NCBI GenBank assembly: GCA_012295275.1
Contig: CM022679.1
Span: 19,344,001 to 19,408,000, forward strand
Direction: 5' to 3'
Length of the DNA stretch: 64,000 nt
From: Chrysomallon squamiferum
Taxonomy: Eukaryota; Animalia; Mollusca
The position numbers and the translations under genes were made by a program. Shown here in pieces: positions 63,664 through 64,000 of this stretch; position 1 is the stretch's first letter, and each line of letters opens with the position of its first letter. Under the pieces are notes generated by a model. It did not search any database. It saw nothing but the letters and a program-made list of their open reading frames with translations, and was not told the origin of the DNA.

Positions 63664-64000
63664 CTATTTTGTAATAGTATTTTTTTTTTTACATCTGTAA
63701 CATAAAATGTGAAGATACAGATATTTTGAACAGAAGAAATAATGAAGTGGATCAGAAACATGTTTGCACTGTCATTTTAGAGACTGATATATAAACTGAC
63801 AGATTGTGCTTGTGAAATTTGGAAATATTGACAAATAGATTGAATTGAACACTATTTAGAAGAGTTTCTTATTTATTTTTTTCATGATTTTAATTCTAAA
63901 ATATAAAGCCATTTGATAAATTAAGTTTTCTGAATAATAGATTAATAATTATCAATGCAAAAATTATTGGATTGGTAAAGCATCCTTCATTTAAAAAGAT

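Overview
Very AT-rich, intron-containing invertebrate animal DNA; a lophotrochozoan/mollusc-like origin is only an impression. I assembled four complete spliced genes by hand with consistent reading phases: a MICAL-like adaptor (minus, about 1230 aa, 11 coding exons, one of 2.7 kb), WDR90/POC16 (plus, about 1852 aa, 41 exons, one GC-AG intron), BRAT1 (minus, about 788 aa, 11 exons, ending in DCY) and UQCRC2 (plus, about 454 aa, 14 exons). They form two head-to-head pairs with CpG-retaining promoter regions, and only 109 bp separate the BRAT1 and UQCRC2 start codons. The rest is intron and intergenic DNA with microsatellites and short repeats. I see no convincing new biological system. The best leads are a half-LIM domain with repeated PxWK motifs in the MICAL-like protein, the very compact bidirectional promoter, and a roughly 330-nt nested inverted-repeat structure in a BRAT1 intron.
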